From positions 1 through 64,000 of the forward strand of contig JABWCP010000017.1 of assembly GCA_013360215.1 (NCBI GenBank): a stretch of DNA of 64,000 nt, in the 5' to 3' direction. The DNA comes from a bacterium. Its GTDB lineage: Bacteria > CLD3 > SB21. Both the position numbers and the translations under genes were made by a program. The notes under the pieces were generated by a model. The model searched no databases. It was given only the letters and a program-made list of their open reading frames with translations, and had not been told where the DNA came from. Positions 10,401 to 20,348 of the stretch are shown one piece after another; the stretch's first letter is position 1; each line of letters starts with the position of its first letter.

Positions 10401-11692
10401 TTCTTGATGAAGATCGTTTGGTATACGCATACAAAGTTCCCTACGGTGCGGAATTGAGCGTACATGACGGCCAAAAAGTCAAAAAAGACGATCTTATTAT
10501 GACATGGGATCCGTACAATACGCCGATTATTTCCGAACATGATGGTATCGTTCATTATGAAGGATTGAAAGAAGGCGTGACATGCCGTGAAGAAGCCGAT
10601 GAAGCTACCGGTATGAAGCACCTTGTGGTTATCGAATCCCGCGATAAAAAGATGACTCCGAGCGTCGTGATCAAAAAAGGACGCGAAGTTCTGGAAACCC
10701 ACATTTTACCGACCCGCGCGTACCTCGTTATCAAAGATGGGGAAGAAGTGCATGCCGGTGAAGCGGTAGCCAAAATCCCGCGTGAAATGGCGAAAACCAA
10801 AGATATTACCGGCGGTCTCCCGCGCGTACAGGAACTCTTTGAGGCACGTCGTCCCAAAGATTCGTCTGCCGTGGCTGAAATTGACGGTACGGTCAAAATC
10901 GGAAAAATATCCCGCGGTTACCGCGAAATTATGATCGAAGGAAAAGACGGCGAAAGCAAGTCTTACAAAATTCCTTTCGGTAAGCATCTTATCGTACACG
11001 AAGGCGATTACGTGATCGCCGGCGAACAAATGTCCGATGGGTCTGTCGCGCCGCATGATATTTTGCGTATCAAAGGCCCTGCCGAAGTACAGCGCTACTT
11101 GGTCAATGAAATTCAGGAAGTGTACCGTACTCAAGGTGTGAAGATCAACGATAAACATATCGAGGTGATCGTACGCCAGATGTTGCAACGCGTTCGTATT
11201 CAGGATCCAGGCGATACGTATTTCCTCCAGGATGATCAGGTTGACCGTCTTCGTTTTAATGAGGAGAATCAAGGTATCCGCGATAAAGTCGTGGTTTCTG
11301 ACAAAGGCGATTCCAACCTCAAAGAAGGACAACTTATCAGTCGAATCGAGATCGAAAAGATCTGCAAAAAACTGGAGAAAAAACGTCCGCCTCAGTATCG
11401 CGAAGCGCAGCCTGCGACGGCCGAACCGTTATTGCTTGGAATCACCCAAGCTTCGCTCAGCACCGAAAGCTTTATTTCGGCAGCTTCCTTCCAGGAAACT
11501 ACCAAAGTGCTTGCGGATGCAGCGATCAACGGTAAAACCGATTATCTGCTCGGTCTCAAAGAAAACGTGATCATGGGCCGATTAATCCCTGCCGGAACCG
11601 GTCTTAAGCGTTACCAAGATATTGCTGTTTCTTCAACCGATGTCGAAGAAGAAGCGGCAAGCGGAAAGAAAACTAAGTCCGCAAAAAAATAG
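7439..11692 (+). CDS. rpoC: DNA-directed RNA polymerase subunit beta' (GTG start)
   Basis: [12 protein letters not shown] catalytic motif; Zn ribbon CHCGKYK...CDRC; AAAGGAGG SD. Confidence 0.99.
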   Translation: MSIYLSNNSLSKDFSTITIGISSPDAILSRSYGEVTKAETINYRSFKPEKDGLFCEKIFGPVKDWECHCGKYKRIRYKGIICDRCGVEVTLKAVRRERMGHISLAVPVVHIWFFKSLPSKIGSLLGLSIKQLEKIIYYENYIVVQPGKSGLKYKDIIPEEELYRVKEELGLDNENLPNTDPNKFIALIGGEAVKELLKRVDVEQICIDLRKVLRDPSTSIQKRSDALRQLRVADAFRLSEGAIENRPEWMVLDVVPVIPPELRPLVPLEGGRFATSDLNDLYRRVIIRNNRLRKLIEIRAPEVILRNEKRMLQESVDSLFDNSRKTAAVRSDSNRPLKSLSDMLKGKQGRFRQNLLGKRVDYSGRSVIVVGPELKLHECGLPKEMAVELFKPFIIRKLVERGYVKTVKSAKRMVDKHGAEVWEILEKIVSDHPVMLNRAPTLHRLGIQAFQPVLVEGRAIQVHPLVCAAFNADFDGDQMAVHIPLSYEAQIEARMLMLSSHNIIQPSSGRPIAIPSQDIVLGNYYLTKAKPGARGEGMRFSSIAEVRQAFDNGVAELHAKIKLRYIKGEGKTATVAYIDTTVGRSLFNEIIPKEMGFVNELMTKKKIEETVSRMHRAAGNLKTVEFLDNLKMLGFMTATRAGVSIGIEDVLTPPNKEGVLKQASSQVEKVQKTYRMGLMTDGERYNKIIDIWTHASNDVAASMYESTQTDRGGFNPIFMMMDSGARGSRDQIKQLGGMRGLMSKPQKSMTGQVGEIIENPITASFKEGLSVWEYFISTHGARKGLADTALKTADAGYLTRRLVDVAQDVIITEDDCGTILGVKTMAIKEGEEIKESLGERCLGRVAADDVIDPSTGKVAIEAGELIDEAKAEMLNNSAIEMVEIRSVLTCESKRGVCAKCYGRNLATGNVVNMGEAVGVMAAQSIGEPGTQLTLRTFHIGGVAARVGELPQALSKSDGKVVFAPGMKMLERQTDGIVISLSRNGRIELLDEDRLVYAYKVPYGAELSVHDGQKVKKDDLIMTWDPYNTPIISEHDGIVHYEGLKEGVTCREEADEATGMKHLVVIESRDKKMTPSVVIKKGREVLETHILPTRAYLVIKDGEEVHAGEAVAKIPREMAKTKDITGGLPRVQELFEARRPKDSSAVAEIDGTVKIGKISRGYREIMIEGKDGESKSYKIPFGKHLIVHEGDYVIAGEQMSDGSVAPHDILRIKGPAEVQRYLVNEIQEVYRTQGVKINDKHIEVIVRQMLQRVRIQDPGDTYFLQDDQVDRLRFNEENQGIRDKVVVSDKGDSNLKEGQLISRIEIEKICKKLEKKRPPQYREAQPATAEPLLLGITQASLSTESFISAASFQETTKVLADAAINGKTDYLLGLKENVIMGRLIPAGTGLKRYQDIAVSSTDVEEEAASGKKTKSAKK

Positions 11693-11714
11693 TCGTATAA
11701 AAATACGATCATAT

Positions 11715-11753
11715 AAAAGTGATGCTGTTCAATGACAGCATCACTTTTTTTTT
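11715..11753 (+). terminator. Intrinsic terminator after rpoC
   Basis: AAAAGTGATGCTGT-TCAATG-ACAGCATCAC followed by T9. Confidence 0.9.
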
Positions 11754-11780
11754 GTTCTGTCGGAAACTATGTATTACATT
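11752..11780 (+). promoter_or_regulatory. Putative sigma70-type promoter of the glucosidase gene
   Basis: TTGTTC-N17-TACATT, matching the motif that recurs across the window. Confidence 0.5.
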
Positions 11781-11831
11781 GGTATAGCACGCCGTCTATA
11801 GAACCAATCTTTGTACGAAAGAGTCCCTCAT

Positions 11832-14444
11832 ATGACAATGGAAGAACAGCGTATCATTGACGCAAGATCGCATGAAAAACCCTGGAAAAAATGGGGGCCT
11901 TATCTGGCGGAGCGCCAATGGGGTACGGTACGCGAAGATTACAGTCCCTATGGTACGGCATGGGAATATCTCACGCATGATCAGGCGCGTTCTAAAACTT
12001 ATCGTTGGGGAGAAGACGGTATTGCCGGTATTTCGGATGAGAAACAAATTTTATGTTTTGCTATTGCGCTGTGGAATAAAAAAGACCCTATACTTAAAGA
12101 ACGATTTTTTGGTGTAACGGGTACCGAAGGAAACCACGGCGAAGATGTAAAAGAGTACTATTATTACCTCGATAGTACGCCGACACATTCGTATATGAAA
12201 ATGTTGTATAAGTATCCTCTTGAAGCTTTCCCGTACGGCCAACTTGTGGAAGAGAATCGAAGACGCACTAAACTCGAACCGGAATTTGAACTTGCCGATA
12301 CGAAAATATTTGATAACGATAATTATCTGGATGTTTTCGTTGAATACGCCAAAAATACACCGGAAGATATTCTCATTCGTGTCACCATTCACAATCGCAG
12401 CGGGCAGAAAGCATCGGTCAATTTGTTGCCCCAGATTTGGTTTCGTAATACATGGGCTTGGGGGTATGACAGCTATAAGCCGCGGCTTCATGCTGAAAAT
12501 CATGCCATACATGTGACTCACGCTGAACTTGGAGCAATGACGCTATTTTCGAAGGAAAAGGGGGAGCTTCTTTTTTGTGAAAACGAAACCAATTATTCTA
12601 AGTTGTATAATATGCCGCCGGGTTCGGGATATTACAAAGACGCATTTCACGAATACTTAATTGGCAATAACCGAAAGGCCGTCAACCCGGATAAGGAGGG
12701 AACGAAAGCGGGAATCAATTATGATATTTCAGTGGAGGCTCAAAATTCGGTTACCGTTCTTCTAAGGTTAGGTCCGTCACGGATGAACGATCCGTTTTCT
12801 GATTTTGATACTGCTTTTCAAAATCGAATAAAGGAATGCGATGAATTTTATGCGACACTTCAAAAAAAAATGAATAATGATGACATGCGTTTAATTCAGA
12901 GACAAGCTCTGGCCGGCATGTTGTGGAGTAAGCAGTTTTATTATTTTGATGTAGCACAGTGGTTAGCCGGAGATCCGGGACAACCTTCACCGCCTAGCGA
13001 ACGAAAAAAAGGCCGTAATCATGCTTGGACCCACCTGAATAATGCGGATATCCTATCCATGCCTGACAAATGGGAGTATCCCTGGTATGCGGCATGGGAT
13101 TTGGCGTTTCACTGTATTCCGTTAGCGATGGTGGATATTGACTTTGCAAAGCACCAACTAACGTTGCTTACACATGAATGGTATATGCATCCCAATGGAC
13201 AACTCCCGGCGTACGAATGGCAATTCGGTGATGTTAATCCCCCCGTACATGCTTGGGCCGCCTGGCGTGTATATAGTGTTGAAAAAATGAAATGCGGAAC
13301 GGGGGATCTCCATTTTTTAAAATCCATATTTCACAAATTACTTCTCAATTTCACGTGGTGGGTCAATCGCAAAGATTCCGAAGGTAATAACGTTTTTGAA
13401 GGCGGGTTCCTCGGTTTGGATAATATTGGTGTTTTTGACCGTAGCGCCGAATTACCTACGGGAGGAAAGCTAGAACAAGCGGACGGTACGAGTTGGATGG
13501 CGATGTATGCCGTCAATATGATGCGTATAGCTTTGGAATTGGCGCGTTTTGATAAAGTTTATGAAGACATGGCAACCAAGTTTTTTGAGCATTTTCTGCT
13601 TATAGCCGGCGCTATAGCGGATACAGGTAAAGGGGGCGGCGACCTCTGGGATGAAGAAGATCAATTTTTTTATGATGTTCTAAGAGCTCCGGGTATTGGC
13701 GAAATGCGCCTCAAAGTGCGTTCGATGGTGGGTCTTACACCCATATTTGCAGTCGAGATTCTGGATACACAGTCATTACATGAAGTGCCTACATTCGCCA
13801 AACGATTGGAATGGTTTCTCCAGCATAGACCTGACTTGGCCAAACTTGTTTCGCGTTGGCAAGAACCGGGTATTGGAGAAAAACGTTTATTATCTCTTTT
13901 GCGAGGACATCGCCTCAAACAACTTCTCAAACGGATGTTAGATGAAAACGAATTTTTATCTGACTATGGGATCCGTGCATTGTCTAAATTTCATCAGAAA
14001 AATCCTTATGTATTTCAATCTAATGGCAAATCGTTTACGGTTAATTATCAACCTGGAGAGTCTGAATCGGAAGTTTTTGGAGGAAATAGTAATTGGCGCG
14101 GCCCGATATGGATGCCGATGAATTATATGCTTATAGCTTCGCTATATAAGTTTCATAGTTATTATGGCGATGATTTCTTGGTAGAACATCCAACAGGTTC
14201 AGGTAACTATATGACGCTGACGGCTATAGCGGATGACTTGTCTAAACGGTTAACTCGGATTTTTTTAAGAAATGATCAAGGTCAACGTCCCATTTTTGGA
14301 GATATAGCAAAATTTCAGAAAGATCCTTTTTTCAAAGACTATATTTTATTTTATGAATACTTTCACGGCGATAATGGGCGTGGCGTTGGCGCCTCCCACC
14401 AGACAGGATGGACGGGGTTGATTGCAAAGCTTTTGGAGGCTTAA
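11832..14444 (+). CDS. MGH1-like / GH63-related glycoside hydrolase (glucosidase); start probably ATG 11832
   Basis: WGPYLAERQWGTVREDYS, SMPDKWEYPWYAAWDLAFH, GFLGLDNIGVFDRS, EYFHGDNGRGVGASHQTGWTG motifs typical of this family. Confidence 0.85.
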   Translation: MTMEEQRIIDARSHEKPWKKWGPYLAERQWGTVREDYSPYGTAWEYLTHDQARSKTYRWGEDGIAGISDEKQILCFAIALWNKKDPILKERFFGVTGTEGNHGEDVKEYYYYLDSTPTHSYMKMLYKYPLEAFPYGQLVEENRRRTKLEPEFELADTKIFDNDNYLDVFVEYAKNTPEDILIRVTIHNRSGQKASVNLLPQIWFRNTWAWGYDSYKPRLHAENHAIHVTHAELGAMTLFSKEKGELLFCENETNYSKLYNMPPGSGYYKDAFHEYLIGNNRKAVNPDKEGTKAGINYDISVEAQNSVTVLLRLGPSRMNDPFSDFDTAFQNRIKECDEFYATLQKKMNNDDMRLIQRQALAGMLWSKQFYYFDVAQWLAGDPGQPSPPSERKKGRNHAWTHLNNADILSMPDKWEYPWYAAWDLAFHCIPLAMVDIDFAKHQLTLLTHEWYMHPNGQLPAYEWQFGDVNPPVHAWAAWRVYSVEKMKCGTGDLHFLKSIFHKLLLNFTWWVNRKDSEGNNVFEGGFLGLDNIGVFDRSAELPTGGKLEQADGTSWMAMYAVNMMRIALELARFDKVYEDMATKFFEHFLLIAGAIADTGKGGGDLWDEEDQFFYDVLRAPGIGEMRLKVRSMVGLTPIFAVEILDTQSLHEVPTFAKRLEWFLQHRPDLAKLVSRWQEPGIGEKRLLSLLRGHRLKQLLKRMLDENEFLSDYGIRALSKFHQKNPYVFQSNGKSFTVNYQPGESESEVFGGNSNWRGPIWMPMNYMLIASLYKFHSYYGDDFLVEHPTGSGNYMTLTAIADDLSKRLTRIFLRNDQGQRPIFGDIAKFQKDPFFKDYILFYEYFHGDNGRGVGASHQTGWTGLIAKLLEA

Positions 14445-14503
14445 TTTTAGGTTATGTTTGTTGGTATTGTACGAAATAGCTAACTATTCGTTTTTTACAG
14501 ACC

Positions 14504-14532
14504 TTGTCTGTATGTCGGCTATAAGTTAAATT
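14504..14532 (+). promoter_or_regulatory. Putative sigma70-type promoter of the Kelch gene cluster
   Basis: TTGTCT-N17-TAAATT. Confidence 0.5.
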
Positions 14533-14573
14533 AAATTGAGTTTTTTGTTAATTCACTTCCCCTGGAGAAATCT

Positions 14574-15479
14574 ATGAAACGAATGCTATTGTTTGTCACC
14601 GTTATTCTTATGGCTTGCGATGGTGGAAAATCAGATGAAGCCTTGATCCTAGATTTGACCGATTTTCCGCTGCCTTTAGCGGCTTCGACGGCGGCCATAT
14701 ACAACGGTGAATTGTACGTATTCGGAGGCAGTGATAACTACAATGGCGATACGACGTATCAATCCATTTTTAAATTTAACGGAAGCAGTTGGGAAACGGT
14801 CGATACGATGTTTAATGACGCTACTTGGGACGGAAAAGTTTTGATAAAAGAAAACTCAGCTTATTACGTTTCAGGATGGCCGGATATTTCAGGCGCTCTA
14901 AAACGTTATAATTTTACCACAAAAACATGGGCCAGTCTCGACACCGGTAGTATTAGTTTGAATTGGGGAACAACAGCCCAGATCGTAGGCAATAAGATTT
15001 ATCACTTTGATTCTTACGGTGAAGTCGAAGTTTATGATATAAATACCAATCAATGGATTTCCCGCAATCCGAACGGTTTGAAAAACGGATCGGAGAGAGG
15101 TTTGACTTCGGTGGTATACGACGGAAATATCTTTGTAACAGGTTACGGGGATACGGTGTTGTATAAGTATCATGTTGATGCCGATTCGTTTTCAGTAGAA
15201 TCCGTTATGCCGCGTTCAATTATATCTTGCGTTATGGTTGAGTTAGAAAACAAAATCTATTTTATCGGTGGTAGCGAAAATGATGGTGAAGACAATGTGT
15301 ATTCAGATTCTTATATTTATGATATAACAGAACAGGAATGGACTCACAGCTCTATTGCTTTAAAAATCCCTTCCATTTTTACCGCTTATGCGTTATCCGG
15401 GAGTACGGTGTATGTGATCGGCGGTATCAATGCCAGTGGTGATGGTATTACAGATGCATACAAAATATCTCTACAATAG
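14574..15479 (+). CDS. Kelch-repeat beta-propeller lipoprotein
   Basis: Lipobox ILMA-C; repeats LYVFGG, YYVSG, IFVTG, IYFIGG, VYVIGG with Y/W spacing of Kelch blades. Confidence 0.8.
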   Translation: MKRMLLFVTVILMACDGGKSDEALILDLTDFPLPLAASTAAIYNGELYVFGGSDNYNGDTTYQSIFKFNGSSWETVDTMFNDATWDGKVLIKENSAYYVSGWPDISGALKRYNFTTKTWASLDTGSISLNWGTTAQIVGNKIYHFDSYGEVEVYDINTNQWISRNPNGLKNGSERGLTSVVYDGNIFVTGYGDTVLYKYHVDADSFSVESVMPRSIISCVMVELENKIYFIGGSENDGEDNVYSDSYIYDITEQEWTHSSIALKIPSIFTAYALSGSTVYVIGGINASGDGITDAYKISLQ

Positions 15480-15487
15480 GAGGTACT

Positions 15488-16120
15488 ATGCGGTTTATTA
15501 AAAAATTTTATTCGATTTGGGCTTTAGCATTGATTACTCAAGTATCGTCATTTGTAGTCGCGCAGTCAAAACCCGAACCTTGTATGATCAATGAATCGTT
15601 TAGTCTGGCTAAACATAAACCTGAAAAAATCGCGCAATGTATCGAGGAACAATATAATAAATCACTTAACAGTTCGGGCACTGTACTCTACGATAGTAAA
15701 GATATAAACATGTTTTTTGTAAAAGGCGTAAGATTGCCTGATGTAAATAAAAATCTATCCTCTTTTGGTAAGAGATTATATGCGGACTGTTTTGAGTATC
15801 GTGGTGGTCCTATTTTGGCGTTTTCTGAAGATAAGTCGGATAGTACGGACGAAACGGTACGCCGTTATGTATTCGGTTCAGCCGTAGTGCTTACAGACAA
15901 AAAGGGCATATTTGAGATACACTGTTATGACAGTAAATATGAAGTTGCAAAAGGAGTGAAAGTCGGAATGGCGATCACCGAGGTTGTTGCTAAATTTCCC
16001 GGTTTGAAACTTACCAATGAAAAAGAAGGTGATGTGTTGATTTCTAACAAAGGTTGTCTGACTTTGCATTATACCGATGGTATAGTACGTTGGATGGTTG
16101 TAGCGAGGGGTTGTTATTAG
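15488..16120 (+). CDS. Hypothetical secreted protein
   Basis: 210-aa ORF, GGAGG SD, N-terminal signal-peptide-like segment, tight packing with neighbours. Confidence 0.7.
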   Translation: MRFIKKFYSIWALALITQVSSFVVAQSKPEPCMINESFSLAKHKPEKIAQCIEEQYNKSLNSSGTVLYDSKDINMFFVKGVRLPDVNKNLSSFGKRLYADCFEYRGGPILAFSEDKSDSTDETVRRYVFGSAVVLTDKKGIFEIHCYDSKYEVAKGVKVGMAITEVVAKFPGLKLTNEKEGDVLISNKGCLTLHYTDGIVRWMVVARGCY

Positions 16121-16122
16121 TC

Positions 16123-17499
16123 ATGTCGCTGCTGCTTATTGGAATTTTGTCGTATGTAGCACTCCAACTTTTGATCGGCGTATTCGTTTCACGCAAAATC
16201 CATTCGGAATCGGACTATCTCCTTGCCGGGCGGAGTCTGGGCATGGGGCTTGCAACATTTTCGATTTTTGCGACTTGGTTTGGTGCTGAAACATGTATCG
16301 GCACGGCCGGAGCGGCCTATGAAAGCGGTTGGGCCGGCGTCAAAGCGGATCCTTTTGGTTATGGCGTATGTGTTTTGATCGTCGGTATTTTTTTTGCAAT
16401 TCGCCTGTGGAAACAAAAACTAACGACAATCGGTGATTTCTTTAGAGCCAGATACTCACGTTCTGTTGAAAAAACAGCTGTCATCCTGATGATCCCCACA
16501 TCGATCATGTGGGCTGCCGCGCAAATACGTGCGTTTGGCCTGGTGTTATCCGCCTCATCAGAACTTACCATTACACTTTCTTTGACAATCGCCGCTGCGG
16601 TCGTCGTAACTTACACGGCATTCGGAGGTCTTTTAGCCGACGCTATGACGGATGTAGTGCAGGGTATCACGCTTATTATCGGATTACTCGTGATCTTGCC
16701 ATTTCTGATATCTGACACCGGTGGAATAAAAGGTTTTATGCACGTTGTTTTGCAGGAACGGCATAACGAAACGAATGTCAATTTTTTAGAAATAGCTGAG
16801 ACATGGGCTATACCGATATGCGGGTCGCTCGTTGCACAGGAATTGCTTTCGCGTGTCATTGCGAGCCGTTCTCCTCAAATCGCACAACGCTCATCGATCC
16901 TCGCCGCGATACTGTACGTCAGCGTGGGTATTATCCCTGTGTTGATCGGGTTGACAGGTTTTGTTGTTTTGCCAGGACTATCCGAGAGTGAAAGTATTTT
17001 GCCGATGATGGCACAAAAATATCTTACACCGATGTTGTACATTATTTTTTCCGGTGCACTCGTGTCTGCGATTTTATCTACGGTGGACAGTACACTTTTA
17101 GCAGCTTCATCACTGATGACACATAACTTGATCATTGCTTCGCGTCCCGATTTAGATGAAAAGTCAAAACTTCGTATATCCCGATGGGGGGTTATCTCTA
17201 TGGGTATTTTATCCTATATCTTAGCATTATATGCCGAAGGTATTTATGATTTGGTCAAAGATGCGTCGGCCCTCGGTAGTGCGGGAATTTTCATCGTTTT
17301 TGTTTTTGGGCTGTTTACGAATTGGGGTGGTGCGTATAGCGCTTTGGCGAGTTTGATAGTAGGTACAACCGTATGGATCGGCGCTCACTACGTGTGGGAA
17401 TCTTCGACGGGCTACCTTATTGCACTTGGTGCAGCTTTTATAGTGTATGTGGGAATTGGTTTTTTTGAAAAGCACACTAAGCCCATAACACCAATTTAA
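16123..17499 (+). CDS. Sodium:solute symporter family protein (choline-transporter-like subgroup); start probably ATG 16123
   Basis: DYLLAGRSLG, FATWFGAE, YTAFGGLLADAMTDVVQ, SAILSTVDSTLLA motifs; about 13 TM segments. Confidence 0.9.
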   Translation: MSLLLIGILSYVALQLLIGVFVSRKIHSESDYLLAGRSLGMGLATFSIFATWFGAETCIGTAGAAYESGWAGVKADPFGYGVCVLIVGIFFAIRLWKQKLTTIGDFFRARYSRSVEKTAVILMIPTSIMWAAAQIRAFGLVLSASSELTITLSLTIAAAVVVTYTAFGGLLADAMTDVVQGITLIIGLLVILPFLISDTGGIKGFMHVVLQERHNETNVNFLEIAETWAIPICGSLVAQELLSRVIASRSPQIAQRSSILAAILYVSVGIIPVLIGLTGFVVLPGLSESESILPMMAQKYLTPMLYIIFSGALVSAILSTVDSTLLAASSLMTHNLIIASRPDLDEKSKLRISRWGVISMGILSYILALYAEGIYDLVKDASALGSAGIFIVFVFGLFTNWGGAYSALASLIVGTTVWIGAHYVWESSTGYLIALGAAFIVYVGIGFFEKHTKPITPI

Positions 17500-17642
17500 T
17501 TAACGAAAATCGCTCTTTTCATACACCTTACTGCGTAGCTCGTTTCTAATACAAAACGCAATCATAAGAGCGATTATCATCAAGAATTCAACATATCCTT
17601 TAAATAAATAAAATCGGTTATTCATAAAACCGTGGAGATAGC

Positions 17643-18545
17643 ATGAATCGCAGCATTCTCTTTTGTTTGGCTATGTATATAGTCGCATGCGGCGAAAAAG
17701 TGAATTTTGCCGATAAGAGTGAACCGCACTCGCAAGCCGGTGCAGCGATGCGAAATATTCAGGCACCATTAAATGAACAAGGTGCGGATGCGTCACCGAT
17801 AGCTGATCGCCATGAACATAGCTCAACCGCATCGTTGTACGCTGCGGAAAAAAAGCAGGATCGTATTATCATAAAGAACGGTTCACTTCAGATACAAGTT
17901 CAAAACTATGACGAAACAGTTTCCAAGCTTAGGACCATGGTTACGGCGTGGGGAGGATTTGTTGCACATTCATCTACGTCTGTACCTTACGCCGATGTCA
18001 AAGAGGGAAACTGGACCATACGTATTCCGAGTGAACACTTTGATACGGCCATGACCGGGGTTAAAACTTTAGGTCAAAAAACAGAAAGAGAAAGCGTTGA
18101 AGGACAAGATATAACAGAGGAATTTTACGATCTGGAAGCGCGGCTTCGCAATAAACGTCTTGAAGAAGAACAAGTACAAGCAATCCTCCGGCGTGCAGGT
18201 ACGATTTCGGATGTATTAGAAGTGCAGCGTGAATTAAACCGAATTCGTGAAGAAATCGAACGAGCGGAAGGCCGTAAACAATTTCTCTCGGATCGGGTCA
18301 AATATTCTACGATCAATATACAAATGCACGAAGCTTATCCCGTCACGGTCAGCGCGAGCGGAGGGTTTTGGGCAACCATCGCTGAAGGTTTTGCGGACGG
18401 TTTTAAAGGCTTTGCCAATGTCCTCAGCAGTACGATCACCGTTTTGATCGCCGGAATACCTGTTTTTATTGTTTTCGGTCTAGTGATCAGGTTTGTTTTT
18501 TTACGTATGCGGCGGCACAGGGAAAATCCAAAAACATCCGGTTGA
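17643..18545 (+). CDS. DUF4349-like lipoprotein with C-terminal TM helix
   Basis: Lipobox IVA-C; RIIIKNGSLQIQV, IRIPSEHFD, DITEEFYDLEARL, VKYSTINI coiled-coil architecture. Confidence 0.8.
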   Translation: MNRSILFCLAMYIVACGEKVNFADKSEPHSQAGAAMRNIQAPLNEQGADASPIADRHEHSSTASLYAAEKKQDRIIIKNGSLQIQVQNYDETVSKLRTMVTAWGGFVAHSSTSVPYADVKEGNWTIRIPSEHFDTAMTGVKTLGQKTERESVEGQDITEEFYDLEARLRNKRLEEEQVQAILRRAGTISDVLEVQRELNRIREEIERAEGRKQFLSDRVKYSTINIQMHEAYPVTVSASGGFWATIAEGFADGFKGFANVLSSTITVLIAGIPVFIVFGLVIRFVFLRMRRHRENPKTSG

Positions 18546-18571
18546 GGGCCAATTCATATATTAGCATAGTT

Positions 18572-18603
18572 ATCGCATATGAATTTCATATGCGATTTTT
18601 TTT
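18572..18603 (+). terminator. Intrinsic terminator after the DUF4349-like gene
   Basis: ATCGCATATGAA-T-TTCATATGCGAT followed by a T-tract. Confidence 0.75.
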
Positions 18604-18643
18604 GATATCGGTGTATATTAGATGAACAATAGCAATAAAACTT

Positions 18644-19585
18644 ATGGCCGATAAAAAATTAAAAGAGCTTATATGTGAAGAAGCCCGGGATTTGGGGTTT
18701 GATAAAATCGGATTCGCTACAGCGGCTCACGTTACACAGGCGGAATATCTAAAGCGTTGGTTGAATCAAGGTTACCATGCGTCCATGCAGTGGATGAGTA
18801 ACCACTTAGAAAAACGCATTGATCCGCGCACGTTGTTTCCGGGTGCCCGCTCTGTAATCGTTGTGGCACTTAACTATCACCAGCCTCAAGCACGTTCTGT
18901 GACAGAAAATACCGGAAAAATTTCCCAGTACGCATGGGGCGAAGATTATCATGAGGTGTTAAAAGATAAGTTGTATATGCTACTAAATAAACTTTGTTTG
19001 CACGATACGCAGATCGAAGGCAAGGTGTGTGTTGATACGGCGCCGATGATGGATAAATATTGGGCCGTACAGGCAGGTATCGGATGGCAAGGCAAACATT
19101 CCAATGTTATTTCACGTGAATTGGGTTCATGGTTTTTTATCGGATCGCTGATCGTCAATGTTGATATAGAGCCAGATATGCCGATCGCGGATTTTTGCGG
19201 ATCATGTACACGATGCATTGATGCATGTCCCACGCAAGCGATTATCCATCCGTATGTTGTAGATTCCGGGCGATGCATTTCATACTATACGATCGAACAC
19301 CGAGGAGAGCAGTTGCCCGAGAGCCTTGTTGCACATTTGCAAAACTGGATATATGGTTGCGACGTGTGTCAGGATGTTTGCCCGTGGAATATCAAATTTG
19401 AAAAACCTACACGGGAAGCCCGTTTTACTCCACGTATGGAAAACATCAATGTTTCGTTACAGACTTGGCAAAACTTGACTGAATATGATTTTCGCTTAAA
19501 ATTCCGCAAAAGCGCGGTCAAGCGCACTAAATTTGCAGGGTTACGAAGAAATATTTATGCGGCTCTGGAACCGAAAGCGTATTGA
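18644..19585 (+). CDS. queG: tRNA epoxyqueuosine(34) reductase QueG
   Basis: YAWGEDYH, VDTAP, CGSCTRCIDACP, RCISY, GCDVCQDVCPWN 4Fe-4S motifs. Confidence 0.95.
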   Translation: MADKKLKELICEEARDLGFDKIGFATAAHVTQAEYLKRWLNQGYHASMQWMSNHLEKRIDPRTLFPGARSVIVVALNYHQPQARSVTENTGKISQYAWGEDYHEVLKDKLYMLLNKLCLHDTQIEGKVCVDTAPMMDKYWAVQAGIGWQGKHSNVISRELGSWFFIGSLIVNVDIEPDMPIADFCGSCTRCIDACPTQAIIHPYVVDSGRCISYYTIEHRGEQLPESLVAHLQNWIYGCDVCQDVCPWNIKFEKPTREARFTPRMENINVSLQTWQNLTEYDFRLKFRKSAVKRTKFAGLRRNIYAALEPKAY

Positions 19586-19682
19586 CTTTGTTTGTTTTTT
19601 TTTCGATTTTTGATCCAATCATTGTTTTCAGGTCAATAATTTTTAGAATACAATTACTTCAATACGGCGGAGGCACGGTCTC

Positions 19683-20270
19683 ATGGCAAAGAAAAAATCA
19701 GCGCCAAAAAAAGCGGCTAAAAAAGTCGTAAAAAAAGCAGTCAAAAAAGTAGCTAAGGCTGCACCAAAAAAATCAACGAAGAAAGTTGCTAAAAAAGCAG
19801 CCGGAGTCAAAAAGCAACAGTTAACCACGGATCAATTGCACGCCAAGGTATTGGGTAAAGTAGAGACATATATCAAACGTATCTATGGTAAGAGCTATGA
19901 AAAACACGATGACGGGCGATTCCTCGTATTTGAGGGCTCTACGGTTGTTCAAACGGTCTTGCGTCCGTGGCACGCCGGTGATATTGTCGTCGAATCATTT
20001 GCTTATGTGGTTCAGGATGCGCGTTTAACGGACGAACTGATGAAGTTTTTGTTGCGTGAAAATGCGACATTACACTTCGGTTCATTTGGATTGTCATTTG
20101 ACGGAACGATTATATTCGGTCACTCGCTGGCCGGCGCCAATCTGGATGAAAACGAATTTTCCGCTTCGATCAAATCCGTAGCACGTATTGCGGATCACTA
20201 TGATAATAAAATCGTCGAAATGGCCGGCGGTATGACTGCACGTGAAGCAATGAAAAAAGGCATCATGTGA
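19683..20270 (+). CDS. Lys/Ala-rich histone-H1-like N-tail fused to a YbjN/T3SS-chaperone-like domain
   Basis: Residues 1-44 are xxKK repeats; remainder (GSTVVQTVLRPW...FLLRENATLHFGSFGL...VARIADHYDNKIVEMAGG) resembles YbjN-type chaperones; GGAGG SD. Confidence 0.75.
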   Translation: MAKKKSAPKKAAKKVVKKAVKKVAKAAPKKSTKKVAKKAAGVKKQQLTTDQLHAKVLGKVETYIKRIYGKSYEKHDDGRFLVFEGSTVVQTVLRPWHAGDIVVESFAYVVQDARLTDELMKFLLRENATLHFGSFGLSFDGTIIFGHSLAGANLDENEFSASIKSVARIADHYDNKIVEMAGGMTAREAMKKGIM

Positions 20271-20295
20271 TCTGAAATAAAATATTACGTTGAAA

Positions 20296-20322
20296 AAAAC
20301 CAGCGTCTCCGGCGCTGGTTTT
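20296..20322 (+). terminator. Intrinsic terminator
   Basis: AAAACCAGCG-TCTCCGG-CGCTGGTTTT. Confidence 0.7.
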
Positions 20323-20348
20323 GATTTTTATATATCAGGGGATACTTT

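Noticed and set aside
3837-11570. Many antisense and alternate-frame ORFs within rpoB/rpoC (likewise in lon, ftsH, secA)
   Set aside because: Shadow ORFs of highly biased genes with no recognisable motifs
14574-17499. NanM/SiaT sialic acid utilisation locus
   Set aside because: Symporter motifs look choline-transporter-like rather than SiaT-like, and no nanA/nanE/nanK genes are present
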